Assembly: GCF_006345805.1 (NCBI RefSeq) | Contig: NW_021837015.1 | Span: forward strand, 1-22,326 | DNA length: 22,326 nucleotides | DNA from: Octopus sinensis | Lineage: Eukaryota | Direction: 5' to 3' | Shown here: positions 1-9,989 of the stretch, one piece after another | Position numbering within the stretch: the first letter of the stretch is position 1 | Layout: each line of letters begins with the position of its first letter | Notes under the pieces: model-generated | Database searches by the model: none | Told to the model about the DNA's origin: nothing | What the model saw: only the letters and a program-made list of their open reading frames with translations | Made by a program: the position numbers and the translations under genes

Positions 1-31
1 TAAAAAGTAAAGGCAGGCCATTTCTATACAG

Positions 32-526
32 TTCCTACACAACGACCAGATGGGACATGGCGGAAGTCGGTCCGTGTCAAGGAAGGCTACATCCCCAGCG
101 AACAGGCCCCACGGTACAAAATAAATATAAGTGTGTAGTTATGAAAGCAAATACAAAAAACAAGAACGATTAAGATTAGAAAAGAATTCCATCCAACCAG
201 GATCTCAGGAATATCTGCAATACCAGCAGGATTCGTTAATTGAGGGACTGAATGACGCAATGAAAGATTTTAACATTTCCCGCGAAGTCCTCACTCAAAA
301 CACTCTACAATACCTCGGAAAGACCCAACAAAATAGATATAAACATCTGCTGAAAAAAATTGAGCATATTTCAGAACTAGAAGCGATGGATAGGAGTTCC
401 TTGGTGACTGATCAGCTGGCTATGATATGCAGGAAGAAGGAGATATTGAGGGAATTTGAATCCCTTAAGGCTCAGGCCATCCTCAAACGAAATTCGGAGC
501 AAACATCTGAGAAGGCTGCTATTTAA
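32..526 (+). CDS. PYM1: Partner of Y14 and Mago (PYM1/WIBG), exon-junction-complex disassembly factor; 5' end probably outside the window
   Basis: [27 protein letters not shown] / YESKYKK matches the PYM N-terminal signature ([26 protein letters not shown]). A 25-nt GT-AG intron at 114-138 joins it to ORF 131..526. The C-terminal [36 protein letters not shown] fits the PYM C-terminal helix. A further 25-nt intron at 7-31 is possible. Confidence 0.88.
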
Positions 527-815
527 TTTATTATGTTTTTGACGACATTTAAACCATTTTTTGTAAGTTATGTACTGTTTGTATATTTATATTCGATAAT
601 TTTTGAGAACACATTAGTACTACACAACGTATTGGATTTTAAATTTTTATTATTGAATTTTTATTACAAAATATAGTTATTCTAACTTTTAAGTATATTT
701 TTTCCGGTGCATTTTTAAAGTTATTGATTTTCATGTTTACGAAATCATTTAAATAGATGTAAAAAATTACTTTAATAAATTAATTTAAATAATTATTAGA
801 AATGTTCAGGTTGTA

Positions 816-2451
816 ATGATGCGATTTTTTGGTCCTGTTAATGAGGTTGATAAACTGTTGAGTTTTTTTAACAGATTAGAAAAAACTTGCCTCAAAACTG
901 TGAGGAAGTAGTTGAAAAAATATGGAAATCTCTAATTTCAGCAAACAATCACAACGCTTTATTAGATAAAATAGACAAGCATCAATTTAAACATTTATTC
1001 CTAACATCGATAGCCGAGAAAAGTACTATTTTTGCAGAATCTAAAGGAGCACTTTATGGCTTTAATGTTACCGTCAAAGACTCATATTGTGTGGCGGGAA
1101 TGAGGACCACGTGTGGATCGAAAACACTCAAAGACTTCAAATCACATTACTCTGCGAATTTAGTTAACAAATTACTCAAAAATGGAGCAATTGTTTCGGC
1201 AAAAACAAATTTGGATGAATTTAGTATGGGGTTTGCATTTTTTGACAATTTTGAAGAAGTGGGGGGGTCAGTAGTCATTTCGGCGTCGTCACCAATCCTT
1301 GGGACAAAAACAGAATTTGTGGGGGAAGCTCAAGTGGGAGCGCGGTCTCTGCACTTTTAGGAGTATCCACCATGTTGTTATATTTTTATATTTCTCAGTT
1401 CATTAGGAGAGGACACGGGAGGGTCGGTTAGACTTCCTGCTGCTTTTTGTGGAGTAGTTGGCTTTAAACCCAGTTTTGGAATTTATTCTCGTCATGGGTT
1501 GATCCCCTTGGCCAATTCACTTGACACTCCTTCCTTCATGTCACGCCATGTTTGCGATATTAAGTTATGTGCAAAAATATTATCCGATGGGCCTGATGGG
1601 GCGGATTTGACAATTTCTCGGGTTAAAAATCTATTTAGCAATGAATACTCTGACTGGTCCACAATCCGGGTCGGAGTCCTCGATCTTCGATTTGTCAAGG
1701 GAAATGCCGATTCTCAAGTAATTCGAGAGATTAACCGAATTGCTGAACTTATTGAAGGACATAATATTGAAATAGTCAACCAAGTAGTCCTACCTCACGT
1801 GGGTTTATCAAGTTTATGTTATGACGTCATTTGTTATTCTGACGTGTGCTCGAATATGGCCCGGTACGACGGTGTTCGATATGGTTGGGTACGGTAATTC
1901 ACGTTGTGAGGATTTTCATCACCAGAAATGACGGGCCACTTTGAGGATGAAATTTGTGTTAATCGGACAGCGTCTTTCGGGGAGAAAGTGAAGAAGCGCA
2001 TTATTGCCGGAAATTATTTTCTTTTAAAAGAGTTTAAACTTGCTAATGTTAATCCTAGGAACTACAAAAACTACTACGAGCAGGCCATGAAGGTTCGACG
2101 TCTTATTTCTGACGATTTTTCTCGTATTTTTGAGTTCGTGGATTTTTTACTGATGCCCACGACTACACATTTGCCCCCGACTTTTGCCGAATTTGAGGAG
2201 GCTGAGAAGAGTGGGATAGATTATGATATTTTAACAATCCCAGCAAATTTAGCGGGTTTTCCTCATGAGATTAAATGAAAGGGGTTCCCTCCATTTCAAT
2301 TCCATGTGGATTGTCGTCTGATGGACTTGCAATGTCGTGTCAGCTGATAGCTAGAAAATACGACGATTGTAGGCTTCTTGATTTTGCAGATTATGTTGCA
2401 AAGATTATTGATTTCAGTGGAAATTATGATCGTTTTAATAATTTGGTTTGA
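816..2451 (+). CDS. QRSL1: Glutamyl-tRNA(Gln) amidotransferase subunit A (GatA), amidase-signature family, 491 aa, 7 exons
   Basis: Exons 816-845, 875-1230, 1257-1373, 1399-1883, 1911-2031, 2059-2255, 2282-2451 total 1476 nt, in frame. Introns are 29, 26, 25, 27, 27 and 26 nt. Motifs VKDSYC, KTNLDEFSMG, NPWD..GGSSSGS, DTGGSVRLPAAFCGVVGFKPSFG, SNMARYDGVRYG, KRIIAGNYFLLKENY and PANLAGVPSISIP are present, and the K-S-S triad is intact. The first exon/start is less certain. Confidence 0.93.
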
Positions 2452-2633
2452 GTTGCAATTTTTAAAAATTTATATTTTTTTTAAAAATCTTCCGGTTCCT
2501 ATAACAAATGAGGTTTAACTGTATTTCAATTATAAAAACCATAGTTATGAGATAAAACTAAAAAATTAGTATATTATTAAGAAATTATTTTTTTTTAAAT
2601 ATTTTAAACATAAAGTTATTAACGTTCATTTGT

Positions 2634-4889
2634 ATGTCTTGTGTCGATGTATCAATCGAAACAAAAAGTGATTGATTTTATGAGAAATATTAGTTCAAAA
2701 TCTAATTGATGTTGGGTACTACAATATAGTCTCACAAAATGAAAAATTTTCAGATATTTTTGACGAGCCTGTCAGAAGGTTGAGAGCTGATCTCAGAAGT
2801 TCTATAAATTTCACAACTCTTACAAAGTTATTTATACTGTTAAAATTAAGAGAACAAATTGAATTATTTTACAAAAATATTAACGAGGAAGCCCAATTAT
2901 GGCGTCTTTTAATAAACTTGGAAGGGAAAAATTTTCAAAGTTCTATTCAGGTCGTATCATTATCACTCAATTCTAGGTAGCTATTAGATGGTTTGAGCAA
3001 AACTATTCGGTTTCTACAAACTCGGAAGATCTTGTTGCTGCCCTAAGAGCAAGTCGTCTGTATTCTATTGTTTTGGGATCTATAGATCTCCTAATTGCTG
3101 CAAATATGGTCCAGATTCCATTTTTCTTGATAAATTTGATCAGCATTTTGCACATGCTGAGGCATCTACTGCCAAAATATTGTTCGAATATGTCAGAGCG
3201 GGAAGAATTGAGGAGGTTGATCTTAAAAATTGCTAAAAAATCAAAAATAGGCTAAAAAGGCATGTTTAGAGGAGGATCCTTGGCGAGGGCTTTTATTAGA
3301 AGGCACCTCCTCTCTTTGGAGGAAGTGTTGTGCTGAATATACTATCCTTGTATTTTCTAGAATTTTCTATTTTATAGAAATCACTCTCTGATTACGAACG
3401 TGCCCTCTTTGGCGTCCTAACGGGGCAGTTCAAGGCAGTTCTTCCAGTGTGCAGTGACTGGGCTGACGCTACTTGGGCTGCACTGTGTTCACTAGGCACT
3501 GCTAGGCCCCTTTACGAGTACATTACCTGTTTTAATGATTTAATTTAGTGACACGATCAATGATAGTGCAACAATAAATAGGGATAATGGAAATGAATCA
3601 CTTGAATGGTTTGCTAACCTAGAAGTCTAATATTAGTTTGGATACGGTTAAGTGCTCTATTAAGGAGTTGGATGATCGTGGCTACTCAAATTCACTTGAG
3701 TTGTATTATATCATTAAATGCTCTAGGTTTGATTTGAAAAATATGCTAAATGAGGAAAATATGTCATGCTATAGACATGATATATCATTTAATTTGTTCA
3801 AATTGGTTTTCTTGGACTTTCAATCAGTCCAGTCTTTTATCGAACACAACATAGATCGGTTCAATTCGTCAGTTATTCGACTTGTACTTCATGTATTTCT
3901 CATAAGGGGAAAACAAGACAAGAATCTGATAGCAGTTCGGGATAATGATAATTTTAGACAAATGTGTTTCAGCTACTCTTGGATAAGAACATATCAAGGC
4001 TCCTTGATGACGGTTCCTGGCGTATTGCAGTGGGATATGTGCCATTTCTTAGTTTGGAAAATCAAATTAGCTCAGCTTGTCGAATCTACAGAGCAGCTAT
4101 TTCATTGCAAACTAGAAATGGGAGAACCTGTTTTGATTTGTGTCGCCAGAATAGACTTCCTGTGGTTGAGATAGGAATTGCCTTACTAAAGACATCCAAT
4201 GTTGTTACTTTCATTCATATCTTAGAGTATTGATATAGTGGATAATATGGAATGGATGTTGTTTATTCCGACTCATTTCCCCAGTTTGCTTCGAGTTCTT
4301 AACAATGTTTTGCTCAAATTCGTGCTTGATGACAATTTTTCTATTTTTCCGACCATTTTTAATCGACTGAGTTCGCATGATTTGTTCGGAGGATGTTTTT
4401 TGGATGAAAAAGAAACCCAGAAATATACTTTTTTTGCTACTTTAGTGGTGGGTCGTACCTGTTCATGAGTATTAGAAGTGCAGGACTGCCTATGACAAGT
4501 GGTTCGACTCCTGCCAAAAGGAATCCCCCGAGTTGACTACAGTTAACCATGCAATCGCATCCTTGTCAATAAACGACTTTTTGTCGACCGTATTTGATCC
4601 AGTTGAAGATGTTTTTGTATGGTTTAGTGAGATTGAGTAGGTAGGAGGGCGAGTTTGGTGTGGTTAGAGACACGTATGTTGTGGAGAATTGTTTTCGTCT
4701 GTTGCAAATGCATCAAGTAATGGGGAAGGACGCAGAGGTGTTTGACTTGGTGTCCTTGATTGCAGGAAATGACAAAATGTTGCACAAAGTTTATTAGAGT
4801 TTTATTATTTTCAGTTTTTTACCCAAGTGCAGGTCAGGGAGTTTATGGAAACTGTCAAATATTCTTTTTTTGGTGTTTCTATTTTATGA
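2634..4889 (+). CDS. NUP107: Nucleoporin Nup107/Nup84-like (Y-complex), shortened, at least 13 exons
   Basis: Exons 2634-2667, 2694-2950, 2977-3059, 3086-3215, 3251-3349, 3378-3517, 3549-3624, 3653-3934, 3958-4200, 4226-4447, 4476-4636, 4668-4788, 4815-4889 total 1923 nt, in frame. The spliced product gives KILFEYVRAGRIEEAKKAC..PWRGLLLEG..LWRKCC..YERALFGVLTGQFKAVLPVCSDWADATWA, DIVDNMEWMLF and LHKFFTQVQVREFM. These are colinear with Nup107 blocks ([47 protein letters not shown]). Extra introns at 2827-2850, 3727-3754 and about 3796-3827 are possible. Confidence 0.8.
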
Positions 4890-5019
4890 TTGGTCAATCT
4901 TTGTTTTTTTTATTATCTTTGGCTATTTTTAGCTTACATTTTCAATAGGTTAAGTTGCATCGGGTATAAGAATAAAGAGAATAGTGACTAATATTGAAAA
5001 ATAGGTGTAGTGAGCCTGA

Positions 5020-6255
5020 AGTTTCGGTTGACACAGGTTCAAAGAAAAATCTGTCCAATAGAGATCCGTATTTATTTTGCGAATCTCCCTTTTTTTTGTT
5101 GCTGTGTAGGCTTAGGTCGCAGACGTGAGAAGACATGTTGACGCAAAACTGTCGGAGCATGTCGCATCCAATCACTTTTACAGAAAAGCTAGACGCCGTC
5201 TATCCTCTTACCGTCTTTCCTGGTAAGACCAGAGGGAGGCACGGGATATTGGCTGCCTCAATCAAACGTTTTACAATGCTATTAAGCTCCGCGTGCCTTG
5301 CGATTCTCTCATGGTTATTACAAGAAACCTGGTGTAGACCTATGCGGTCTAATCTAGATTCTTTCTCTCCCCTCTGGATTGCTCAGGACGAAGAGCTAGC
5401 ATTCGGCACATCTTTGTGGACAGCTAGCGGACTTAAACTCAAGTGGACTTTCTCATCGATTGCCGGAGAAAAAAGAAAGGAGCAGAGTGGGTCGCCCTGT
5501 TGTACACCGGTGGCAGAAATAATGGTAGAAGAGCTAGAAATAAAAAAAGGAGAGCTGTAGGTTTAGAGCACGAACCCATAAATTGTTGGGCAACGAAAGA
5601 AGCAAGATTACAGCAAAGAGTCACGGTGAACATTGTTAAATGCGTAAGTTTGACTATGGGTTGTTAAATCTCGGTCACAAAACATATGGCAGTATCCACC
5701 GGTGTTTCAAGCTTAAGGGAACCATGACTCTAAGCTGTAGCTAAAGAAAAGCTTTTGAGATTTCCAGGAAGGAGGATTAGCATGCAAGCATTAAAGCTAG
5801 GCAGCGGAAAACGTCTCCGACGGCGATTTGGACGTACACCGCCATTTTTTGGAAAAAAGAACCTAGATAGGCGGAGAAAATGAGTCCACGAGCGGAAGCA
5901 GATAAATCTGAAGATAAAAGGTTGTTGACTAGTTCCCTGATCGAGGTAAGGAGCAGCGAGCCTGTTGGGCCGATCACTAGGGAAATGAGGTTTCAAGGGT
6001 GACTTAGGCGGAGACCCTCAATGCCTGCACTACTCCTACACGAAAAAGTATTGAGAGCTCGACAAATTGCATCGTTAGTGAGTCTCAAAAAGGAGGCCGT
6101 GGATTTTATGGATGGAAATGACCTGAGGTTTGCAGGTGCGGGAGGGTGTTTGCTCTTCAATGTGTTGATTACATTTTTAGTTAATGAAAGTATGCCTACC
6201 ATTGGAGGCCAGAACTCTTATTGCTGCTCTGGTGTCACCCTCGATCAGTTTTGAC
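5020..6255 (-). mobile_element. Degenerate CRE-clade (RLE-type) non-LTR retrotransposon, copy 1, internally deleted
   Basis: Minus-strand motifs in order: KLIEGDTRAAIRVL, LKSKHPPAP, SSAGIEGLR, KNGGVRP(I)AVGDVFR, GVQQGDPLCSFLF, GLHQVSC..RHAELNSIVKRLI, RKDGKRIDG, (W)DATCSDSFA, KYGSLLDRFFFEPVSTETSG. Contains stops and frameshifts. Confidence 0.85.
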
Positions 6256-6269
6256 ATGATACGGGGACA

Positions 6270-6485
6270 GAGAGGATCGGTATCAATCCAACGAAATCCA
6301 TTCCCGTTGGTTAAAACGTAGAACTGAGCATCCATTTCAATCTCTGATTGAGTCGTTTAACTTATTCCTGTATCCAAGTACGTCTGGGTTTCCCCCTGAC
6401 ATGACGAATTTTAAATTCTTCATACAACTTCATCATCTGTGAGTTGCAAAACTCAAGTCCATGATCAGTATTAATTATGAAACTA
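6270..6485 (-). pseudogene. DDE retroviral-type integrase (rve) core fragment, Ginger/SCAND3-KRBA2-like or LTR-retrotransposon derived
   Basis: Minus translation IINTDHGLEFCNSQMMKLYEEFKIRHVRGKPRRTWIQE*VKRLNQRLKWML matches the rve pattern (SDNG.EF.N..I.HVRG.PR..QSQG.VER.NQ). It carries a stop, and the catalytic E is changed. Confidence 0.7.
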
Positions 6486-6764
6486 TGCAAACCGTTATTC
6501 AAACACCACACTGACTACACTGACACTGACCAACCATAAGCATCTTGAACTTAGCTTTGACCCAACCATGTCCTTAAACAAACATGTCTCAAACATCTCG
6601 GACAAAGAAAACAGGCGTACAAACATTCTACAAATAATAAGTGGTCACATCACTGGTGCCCAGAAACCACTCCTCAAACGATTCTACAAATAAAACATCC
6701 GCTCCGTTCTGAGCTACGCAAGTCCGAGCTGGACCCCCTGTCTATCTGCAAGCTTTATTGGGAG

Positions 6765-6785
6765 AATTGGGAGAATTGGGAGAAT
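6765..6785 (+). repeat. 9-bp unit (TTGGGAGAA) triplicated at the SINE 5' junction (array about 6759-6785)
   Basis: TATTGGGAGAATTGGGAGAATTGGGAGAAT is directly visible. Only one unit is needed to restore the host LINE frame. Confidence 0.85.
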
Positions 6786-7220
6786 GGCCCCGTTGGCTGA
6801 AGACTAAGCTATGGATAATGGATTTGGACAGTCGTGAGTTCGATTCCGAAGGAGGACAGTTTTCATCCTGGGGCTAATTCTCGTTATCGTTCCCCTGCCC
6901 GTGAGGCAACGAGTACTTCTGGCACGACACAGTTGGAAATGGGGATCTCTTACCTTTCGGGCTTAGCGTGGCGTTATGGGGTCCACCATGTCAGTTGGAG
7001 AATTTCAATCGGATATGGCAACGCTCAGGAGGCACTTAATGCCTACCGAAAAAGGACCTTTAGCTCTCAGACCCTGGGACATCGTCGTCTCAGGCCGATC
7101 ATGCGGGCAGGATCGAACCTTTCAGAAGGATCTCCCTCGTTTGGATCGGCGATCACGGGAATAACTATAATTAACTGGCTTTGCCCGTGTTTGGTCTTTA
7201 AAAAAAAAAAAAAAAAAAAA
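6786..7220 (+). mobile_element. tRNA-derived SINE, about 435 bp, with poly(A) tail
   Basis: The 5' end GGCCCCGTTGGCTGAAGACTAAGC is tRNA-like with an A-box-like sequence. A B-box GTTCGATTCC lies at 6838-6847. The body is about 330 nt and GC-richer than the flanks. A CACGGG/CCCGTG stem (7154-7159/7184-7189) precedes an A21 tail (7200-7220). It interrupts a LINE reading frame. Confidence 0.8.
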
Positions 7221-7354
7221 TACAATCAGTTCTAAACAAGGCTATACGATTATATCCGGGTGTCTGAAATACACACCTAACGATCACCTGTACTGCGAAA
7301 CCAATCTTTTCCCGATAAAAGAACATTCAAATATAAGAGAAGCACAATTTTTAT

Positions 7355-8815
7355 TCGTTTCGCGTAAATCTTATTACCCTTGGAAAACGAAGCTGGAGAA
7401 GTAACCGTTTTTCAGGATTTTGAGATCTTCAGCGCAATTGGAAGCAAAGCCTGGGTCGACGGGCGATATGGCTAGGTTCCCGTTGGAGAATGTGTCACAG
7501 CAGGTAGAATCCCATATAAGGGATTTCCCCTGCTCGAAGGGGAATGTAGTTAAGCCGTCAAGGCGTTTGCCGTCAACTCTGTCCAAATAGAAATCAGATA
7601 GAGGCAGGAGAGGGGATGTATTCCGAACTCGTCCACAGTTCCACCACAGCGACATTTATGAGCCTGACAGATTTTAAGCCCGACACGTAAGGAGATCTCG
7701 ATTCCTAGGCACTCCGAGTCCAAGAGGTTCCCAATGGAGATTGCATAGGGAACTCATACCGAGCTTAAGGATGTAATCGAAATCAGATAGGAAGTCACTT
7801 CTGTAGAAACAGGGTGCACATCTTAGCGTAGTACAAAGGGCTTTAGGGACGGAAAAGTGATTTCGCAAGAGGAAAAATGCTACATGAGGCTCGATGTTTT
7901 TAAGCCTCTCGATCATTTTAGAGAGATTCAATATTTTTTTCCGAAAATAAACCTTCTAGAGCGGAAAGACCCATGGGTACCCCAAGGATGGATAGATTAG
8001 ACTTTTCGGTAATACGAACGTCTGGAAAAATATTGTGGCAAATGGAAGAGGCAGCAAAAAATAAACTTTGATGGAGGTGGATATTCATTATTTCGAATTT
8101 ATTTGCATTAATGGATAGGCCAATTGCCGAAAGGGATGGAAGGATAGTCCGGAAATCATCAAAAACTACTTCGGGAGGACCATAAATAGTTGCGTCGTCC
8201 AAATACCAAATGTTTACCGGGGATCGGACAGAATGGGGGATGCCATTAACGCCTAGTGCGAAAAGCACAGGACCAAGTGCAACCATTGGAAACGCCGACA
8301 CCAAGTTGAGCGGGCAGAAAGTTTGGAGACAAACAGGGAACAATGGCATGACAGAGAAGCTTAGCGGAGAGCCTCCGGGAAACATTTCCCACAGCGATGG
8401 GTCTTACGCCGTTGTCCTTCTTCCCGAGGGCAGTAAGGTTTGCAGAAAAGAAGATACCGCGAGCAAAGTCAGGAAGCGAACCGGAGATAAAACGGTTGCA
8501 GAGATTGGTAATTGAGCGTAATAGTTTCCGCTCAGCTTCTGCGGTCATAGAAGAAGTCAAGTTTTTTATATGAGTAGCCCTAATATGAAGACTTACTCGA
8601 CGAACCATTTGTTCTTTGTCAACGATCTTAAAACTACTTGCATTTTTCCTGAAGAGGGCGGGGATCCTGCAATCAATTAAAACAAATAAATTGCATTTAC
8701 TAACGATCGCGGGATTTCTTGCCTCAAAATATGGTACTGAAAGCGGAGAAAACATCTGTGATGAGTCTATAAAAATCGCTCAGATGAATTGGTTAATGAA
8801 GAAGACTGAATGAAA
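7355..8815 (-). mobile_element. Degenerate CRE-clade non-LTR retrotransposon, copy 2
   Basis: ORFs 8246..8755 (LTALGKKDNGVRPIAVGNVSRRLSAK..QLGVGVSNGC), 7918..8385 (GPVLFALG..IWYLDDATI..LSILGVPMG), 7674..7931 (HVAFFLLRNHFSVPK..LRCAP) and 7374..7655 (RVDGKRLDGLTTFPFEQGKSLIWDSTCCDTF) cover RT and the REL endonuclease. Part of the RT core is deleted. Confidence 0.92.
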
Positions 8816-8859
8816 ATTTTTGCATTCTATATTATTCAAATGCCTGAATGATTAGAATG

Positions 8860-9975
8860 TTTATGTAGAAACCTCAAGCGGGTAGCTCCCAGAAGTGAAG
8901 CATTTTATTGCCTACTACAGAATAGAAACCTGTTTTTTTCAACCAAGCGAGCATTGTGCAACTATTTCGTAAGAGACAAAAAAACCGTTAGTCATTTGGA
9001 AACTCAGTATGGAAAAATGCTCAACAGTGATTATGTCAGGAGACAAAAAATGTTGCAATACGCGCCGATTCTTCAATAATTACAGACACGAAAATTCACA
9101 TATATTCGTCCACGACAAAATGAAAAACGAAATTACTCTCATCAAAGTGGGAATCACTTCCCAGGACCGCCTGAAGCAAGGCGAAGTTGAGAAATGCCAT
9201 AAATTATTGTCCGGGGAGTTGTCCAGCCTATACCCTAAAGTAAAAATACTTTCACTGGTTCTGATCTGGGACGGTGTCGTTTCCAAGTTTTTCAAGAAAT
9301 ACATTAAAAAGTTGGCTATCGAAGACGGAACTCGGACTTACATACAGTCAGTTGTGTTAGAGAAAACACTGGACAGTGTGGTGGTTGAACACAGACACGG
9401 AATAAATTAAGCCAGTAGCCTCATAATTGAAGCAAGTCGTTTGTATGAAGAAGATATAGAAAGTGGGGAAAAAGAAGCTGTAACTGATTTAGTTAGTTAG
9501 TTATGTTATCCCGGCTTCACTAACACGTAGGAAGCCGGCTGCAATCAGGTAGCGAGACGCGAAGATCGGGCGCTCCCAGAGATCCCGAATCCCAATAGGC
9601 GGAGACAAGTGAGGCGGTCCAGGACAGGGGAAGAGGTCTTCGGGGGTGAAGGAACGGTATGTTTCGAAAATCAGTGGATGATGACCTGAGCGAATCTGAG
9701 CAAGCTGGACACGGAGATATCTGCCGAGTGATTGCTCTGAGGAGTGGACCGGCGGGGGGGGAGAGTTGAGAAGTTTGTTGTTTTTGAGCATCCTGATAGC
9801 ACGAGTGGAGATGTGGTCATGGATTAGTTTATTCGCAGTTTTCCCATTGTTGGTTGAGAGTATTTTTGATAGACATCTACATTGATCGTAACTGATTTAA
9901 TGACAGAGGATAAAGAAGTAGTGTTGGTTACTTCTTTCTCTAAAAGAAGAAAATATTATATTTAATAAAAAAAAA
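8860..9975 (+). mobile_element. 3' part of an RLE-type (R2/NeSL-like) non-LTR retrotransposon, interrupted at 9492-9887(+TSD)
   Basis: RVAPRSEAFYCLLQNRNLFF..KKTVSHLETQYGKMLNSDYVRR is a decayed CCHC knuckle. It is followed by HIFVHDKMKNEITLIKVGITSQDRLKQGEVEK..LVLIWDGVVSKFFKKY..YIQSVVLEKTLDS (PD-(D/E)xK endonuclease). The frame resumes after the insert as ..AVTDL|MTEDKEVV..KYYI** and is followed by an A-run at about 9966-9975. Confidence 0.8.
9492..9887 (-). mobile_element. 5'-truncated I-group LINE 3' end with 12-bp target-site duplication
   Basis: IHDHISTRAIRMLKNNKLLNSPPPPVHSSEQSLGRYLRVQLAQIRSGHHPL..PCP..RDLWERPIFASRYL matches the C-terminus of I-group LINE ORF2. The tail is (CTAA)n. GTAACTGATTTA occurs at both 9480-9491 and 9888-9899. 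Confidence 0.85.
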
Positions 9976-9989
9976 ATTAAGAAGAAAAT

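Larger units (their letters stand above)
6495..7350 (+). mobile_element. I-group (APE-type) LINE RT-thumb fragment, split by a SINE at 6786-7220
   Basis: HLELSFDPTMSLNKHVSNISDKENRRTNILQIISG..LLKRFYK*NIRSVLSYASPSWTPCLSAS (about 6535-6755) continues after the SINE as IQSVLNKAIRL..KYTPNDHLYCETNLFPIKEHSNIREAQFL (7221-7350). This is the expected downstream thumb sequence. Confidence 0.75.

Noticed and set aside
802-816. ATG 802 as the QRSL1 start
   Set aside because: It reads MFRL*, and no GT-AG splice from it lands in the GatA frame.
6786-6860. Functional tRNA gene
   Set aside because: The A/B boxes are present but the acceptor, anticodon and T stems do not pair properly, and it continues into a body with a poly(A) tail, so it is a SINE head.
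5135-8813. Plus-strand ORFs such as 5135..5560, 5443..5667, 5777-region, 6021..6254, 6834..7235, 8210..8515, 8616..8813 as genes
   Set aside because: They are antisense or off-frame shadows of CRE elements or of the SINE body, with no recognisable protein motifs.
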